Origin: Selaginella moellendorffii
Lineage: Eukaryota > Plantae > Lycopodiophyta
Direction: 5' to 3'
NCBI RefSeq assembly: GCF_000143415.4
Contig: NW_003314276.1
Coordinates: 1,137,434-1,201,433 of the forward strand
Length of the DNA: 64,000 nt
The notes beneath the pieces are model-generated. The model was given only the letters and a program-made list of their open reading frames with translations. It was not told the DNA's origin and did no database searches. Positions 59,061-64,000 of the stretch are shown here, piece by piece. Each line of letters opens with the position of its first letter. Within the stretch, counting starts at the first letter, position 1. A program made the position numbers and the translations under genes.

Positions 59061-60995
59061 CAATATACATACATTCAAATACATTTATATTATATTTTCA
59101 ATAAATCTACTAGCTAGTTGCCAAAATCTAGCAATTAAACTTCTATTACCATGGATGCAATTATACTTTTTCTTTTGGTTTGAAGGTATGCTTAATCAAC
59201 TTAGTCATAAAGATTCATGAAGAGTTCATCACTTGCTGGCAATGATGAGGATGCAAAAAAGAATTATTTATAACATTGTTTTCTTTTATATGGGCTAGAA
59301 AAGGACAATTCTAGTCTAATAATTTCTTCCCTTCTACATAGCTGGAGTGGACAAGCATTTATATCTTGCACTTGCAAAATTACTATGACCAACTTACTTG
59401 TAGCATCAAAAGCTGTAAATGACTATTGAAATAAACTCCTTTAGACATGGGTCTCTCTGTTTTATTATTTTATTTTTTAAAGATGTGTTATTTTGCTCAA
59501 GTTACATATTGAAAACATTCTCTACTTCTTTCATTATCTACATATATAAAAACGAAGAGCTTAACCTCCCACAAAGCCATCTGGTCTTAGGCCTGGGGCA
59601 GCCTCAGGATGCATTGTTTTAGTAAAAGTTTTGTGGATTTTTAATGGAAAATTGGCATGGCTTGGTTTACTATTGGTTGGAGCCCCACCTATGCTGTGTG
59701 TTGACACAGAGACGGCTTGAGCAATGGAGCTCCCAAGCTCCCAGGAGCACTGCCGCTGCCTGTGAACCACAATTTGCAAAACACACATTATAGTGCACAT
59801 TTTGCTTCGCTCCCATCTGTGGTGCCCTAATCGCATTGTGAAATTCTATCTTATCTTTGTCCGATCCAATTTCCCAAGCCAGCATTTTGGACTTTTTACT
59901 TTCCTCACAGGTTAGTGAAGAATTCTCTCAGTCGTGATGGCTGTAGGAGACGTGATTGCTCACAATCGGGACTGGAGTTGAGAGCGTAGAGAATTCTCCT
60001 GTTTTTCTTCTAAAAACGGCTTGTTGCTTAAGAGCGAACAACAACCAAAAATGTTGAAACCATTTTCTTCAACTAGTTTTACGCTCTTACAGTTCACTTG
60101 GTTTCAGAAAAGGCGAAGTATTTGCCGCAGAGACTCAAGAAAGGTTGAAGGCGTGTCCTCCACAGGGCGTGAGGAGGCAGCAGCTGGAAACATGAGTGTT
60201 CAGCAGCTTCTCAAATCCAAGCTGCATTCTCTAATGTTCATTTTTTCAAATTATAGAATTTATTAGCTAGGGCAGCTTGAGAGCATCGCCTCATTTGCGT
60301 CATTGGCTGGGTTCGTTGGAATTCTTATCCAGCAAAGCAATGCAACGTAAAGTCGACCTTTGAGGAATTTCCTTGGGATATTTGGGGCACTGGTCCAAAG
60401 GCTGGGATTGTGAGAGTTGACAGATCTGGTGACAAGGCTTCACCAAAGTAGCTATGAAATGCATGTACCCGCATAGTTCTCCTTATCCTCATACTCACCT
60501 TCCCAGTGGCCGTGTTCATTTGAACTTGCCCTGTGGTTTATGTCTGGGGAGATCATATTGTTTACAGGCTGATGACCTTTTTTCTGGGGAGAGGATACAA
60601 ATGGCTATGGCCTTCAAGACGTACCACTTTTTAAGAGCTCAGAGTTGAAACGAAGGGTCAGTTGAGACCTTTTTTAACAATTGATCCAGTTAAAAATCAT
60701 CCCCATGTATCTCTGTCCGGCTTCCTTTTATGAAGTCTCAGTGTACATAATGGTGTTACTGCCAATAGAGGGGTGGGAGTGGAGACCATCTATGCCTCAC
60801 AAGCTTTGGGTAATTTTTGCTGAAGCTTCTCAAGAATGAATCATAATGTCAAAGTTTGAGCATTCATAAATCAAGGAGGTGTGCATACATTAAGCACTTG
60901 GGCAAATTAGTAGTATGTTTACCATGCCTAGAATATCCATAAGCCATAACAAAATATACCTTATCTGCGGGGTTTTAGGTCATCAGTCCGCGACC

Positions 60996-61429
60996 ATGTT
61001 TGCTCGTGCTGTTCCATCGAGCTTCGCCACTGGCTCCCTGCCACTGCAGGTACACTCTCCCCTCTCCATTTCTCCAGGACCATTCACCGCAGCTTGCAAT
61101 CCAAGGTGGAGCGCGGGGATGCCCGGATTGTGTGCCGGAAGCCCGACATCCACCCCGCGTTTTTCAGCGAGGCCAAGGTATTCTGCAAGGGCGAGCACGT
61201 GATGACGACGGGCGGCACCCAGGCGGAGTACGTGGTGGACATTTGGTCCGGGAACCACCCCTTCTACCAGGGCGGCAAGTCCGGCGTCGTCATGACCACG
61301 GACCAGCTCGAGAAGTTCCGCCGCAAGTACGGCAGCCTCGGCTCCATGAACAACATCCCCGTCATCACCAACAGCGTGCCCAAGTTCGACAAGAAGGGCA
61401 AGAAGCCCGACAAGAAGAAGAAGCGCTAG
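60996..61429 (+). CDS. RPL31: Plastid 50S ribosomal protein L31 (bL31) with transit peptide; short first intron after 61049
   Basis: RKPDIHPAFFSEAKVFCKGEHVMTTGGTQAEYVVDIWSGNHPFYQG..DQLEKFRRKYG. ATG at 60996 and a GT donor at 61050. The exact acceptor is uncertain (AAG at 61105 restores frame). Confidence 0.9.
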
Positions 61430-61567
61430 AGGAGATGCGCAACGGAATGTTCCGTGCCCCTGGCGGCATATTCTGAATCCGGCTGACGGAATATGCTCCT
61501 TCCATTTTTAGTTGCCCTTGCGCGTATATAAAGCAGGTGTGGCCCGCAAGCCCTATAATCATAAATC

Positions 61568-62026
61568 ATGGCTGACATTGACGCGTCCCTTGATCATGCA
61601 AGATGCGCAAACAATTGTGGATACTACGCCAACCCAGGCACGGGTAATTTGTGCTCCAAGTGCTTTAAGGAGTCGATCAAAGCATCCAAGGCCAAGAAAA
61701 TTGAAGGTGGTGGTAAACAGATTTTGCATCCAGACATAACAAATGTAAAAGTAAGTACTGGTGGTGATGGTGGTGAAGAAGTAGAAATAAGTGTTGCAGA
61801 AACAGAAATTGGTCCTGAGGCAAAAGCTGATCCTAATCGTTGCACATCGTGCAATAGGAAAATTACTCTTTCCATGGTATTCAAATGTAGATGTGAGTTA
61901 GTATTTTGTGTGAAACATCGCCATCCTGAAGATCATTCGTGCCACTATGACTACCGTGAGAAAGGCAGCAAGGATATTTCCAAAGCTAACCCAGTTATCA
62001 AAGCTGAGAAGATTGCAAAGATTTGA
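61568..62026 (+). CDS. A20/AN1 zinc-finger stress-associated protein (SAP)
   Basis: A20 finger CANNCGYYANPGTGNLCSKC and AN1 finger CTSC..FKCRCELVFCVKHRHPEDHSC. Ends KANPVIKAEKIAKI. Confidence 0.93.
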   Translation: MADIDASLDHARCANNCGYYANPGTGNLCSKCFKESIKASKAKKIEGGGKQILHPDITNVKVSTGGDGGEEVEISVAETEIGPEAKADPNRCTSCNRKITLSMVFKCRCELVFCVKHRHPEDHSCHYDYREKGSKDISKANPVIKAEKIAKI

Positions 62027-62082
62027 AGTTAAAGAGACATCATTTCTAATGTAAATTTGTTAAATACGTTCGTTAGCGCTGT

Positions 62083-64000
62083 TCATAATATAAAATACCT
62101 GCTACAGTTCTTACACTCCGTCACCTCAAAGGATCCTCCCACAACGTTGTAGACTCCGCAGGACACGCACTTGAGCCTGTTGATCTTTGCGGGCTTGAGC
62201 TGCTTGTAATAGTGAACGTAGCCCAGCCGCGGATGGACGAGCGTCTGCGCGTGAGCGTAGCTTGCTCCTCTCTGCTGCGGATTCTGCGCCGGGAGAGATG
62301 GGGCCTTCTTCAGCTGAACGCAGCACTTGACAGGCTGGAGCTTGCACGCCTTGAGGTGTTCCTGGATGATCCCAACGCGGCTGTCACCAGTGATTTCTGT
62401 TTTACTGCTGCCTTCGGCCCCGGTGAAGGCTCTGAGCGACTTCAGTTGCGAGGAGAGGAGCAACGAGAGCTCGGCCGGCGGCTCGATAAGTTGGTCTTCG
62501 CAGTAAGCCTGTAAGTTACTGAGCTGCATCTGAACGTGAGCAATCTCCTGGACCAGACTGTCCCACTCGCTCGATCCTCCTGTTCGTTCTCCATCGAGCT
62601 CGCAGCTAAGACCTGTGGCTCTTGGGTGATCCTCGCAGCTCTCGTCCAGATATGCCAAGTCGATGTCCTCCACTTGAGTCAATGGCTCGTCACGCTCCTT
62701 GCTTCTCCTTTCCAGCAGCCCGTACATACTGACGAAGTTGTGGCGGACAACCAGCCTTGCAGCGAGGAGGTGCTCGCAAGTGAACATCGTCTCGAGGCAG
62801 TCGCAGAAGTTTGTGAGGAGGTTGACGACGTGAGACTTGGCCGTGTCACCGTTGCAGCTGTGGACTCTGAAAAGAAAACCCGGCTCGCTGAGTACCTCGA
62901 AACATGCTCGGTTATTGTTGTATTGAGCCAAAAAGCGTTCTGCAGCAGCCAAGCGCTTGCGCTCCGCCGAAGTGCTCGATTGACTGTGATAGCGCCTCGA
63001 ATCACCTGAGAAAGTGTTAAGGACTCGAAAGAAAGGAAAAGACTGGTGGATACAAAGGACTTGTCTCTGCCGAAAAAACTCCTCCAGCGTACCACCCTCT
63101 GGCTTACTGCTTGTCAGGGCGCTTCCTACCAAAGCCAGAAGAAGATCGCAATTGCTCTGGTTCATACGCCCTCCAAACAAGGAATACTTGATGAAGAGCC
63201 ACAAGTAACTCACTATGTTGATTGTCTCTACGTTTCCATGCTCAAACAACCTGCCAAAAGTCGGCCAAATTCTCCGCCAAGCACAATGAGAGCCCAACCA
63301 TCCCATTTCCAGATAATCCACAATCTCCTTAAAACCACCATAGTCCTCCTGTGCATCAAAAACAAAAACAGGCCACTCAAGACAGAAACATGACAGAACT
63401 ACCTTAAATTTGTTCCAAAGATTATCGAAATCGGCTTCAGAAGGGGCCATCATCATTCCATCCAGTTGGCGATACACATCTTTTCTCATTTCCGATGCGA
63501 CCTGCTGCAAGCAATCAGGAAATAGTTACAACGAAAAAAAGTTTTCACCTGCGGGAGAAGATTCTCAACCCAAGCTCTTTTCACGCAAAACCAGCACAGC
63601 AGTAGCCGACAAGCGATCTGCTTACCATCCCTCCAGCATTTCTCGTCCCGAGAGACAACACTGAACAAAGCGTCAAAGCTCAGCCGCGACTTATCAATCA
63701 AAATTGCAGCTGGCCTCACAGACAGCTGCTTGAAGACTGCTGTCAATGCCAGCTTCAAGGCAATGCTCTCGTGCCTTGACCCCGTGTCAGCCGAGCACAT
63801 CATGAAAAACACTGGCATTCCAATGCCGTCCTGGAAGACGTGATCAAAAACCATAACAAAATAGAGATAGAGACAGTAAGGCACCTGATTAGGAACGGCT
63901 GCCGCATGCAATGGAAGACCCCGTATACAGGTTGTGAAAGTCGAGTCGAGGGCCCAAACATTACCCGCAGAAAACCTTTACAAGAAAAACAAACGTCGTT
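62083..64000 (-). CDS. MULE-transposase-domain plus SWIM zinc-finger protein (5' end outside the window), intron-containing
   Basis: GIGMPVFFMM, PAAILIDKS, LLCWFCVKRAW, YLEMGW, SWIM CDCLETMFTCEHLLA and C-terminal CVSC..CKNC. Apparent short introns near 63010-63055, 63349-63402, 63503-63548 and 63830-63884. Confidence 0.8.

Noticed and set aside
59700-60650. Possible exon fragments of another gene
   Set aside because: Splice-like sites are present, but I found no consistent reading frame or recognisable product.

Overview
Eukaryotic, land-plant nuclear DNA, not prokaryotic. Very short GT-AG introns, GC-rich exons, tight gene spacing and the style of the PPR fragment suggest a lycophyte such as Selaginella; this is inference only. 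Three gene-dense blocks alternate with AT-rich transposon debris. Block 1 (1-6 kb) holds a PP2A B' subunit and GAUT1. Block 2 (29.7-44.7 kb) holds an orphan Pro-rich gene, a SPCH/MUTE/FAMA-type bHLH, a PARN-like nuclease, a type II PI4K-gamma and an MRS2 Mg2+ transporter. Block 3 (61-64 kb) holds plastid L31, an A20/AN1 SAP and a MULE/SWIM gene. The 6.3-27.7 kb region is a nested retroelement stack: decayed Ty3/gypsy pol, a satellite-bearing LTR family (one collapsed copy and one complete apparently non-coding element, both with TSDs), and Cassandra-type TRIMs whose LTRs carry a 5S rRNA promoter segment. The 45-60 kb region has Helitron debris with internal inversions and a captured PPR fragment, a long fold-back hairpin, and an intact AT-rich secreted ORF fusing an unknown domain to a bulb-type lectin. 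The most interesting items are the Cassandra-like elements, the unknown-domain/lectin fusion, the hairpin, the apparently domesticated MULE/SWIM gene, and a His/Pro-repeat membrane-protein frame with recurrent TAGs. All calls were made by eye; no database searches were run.
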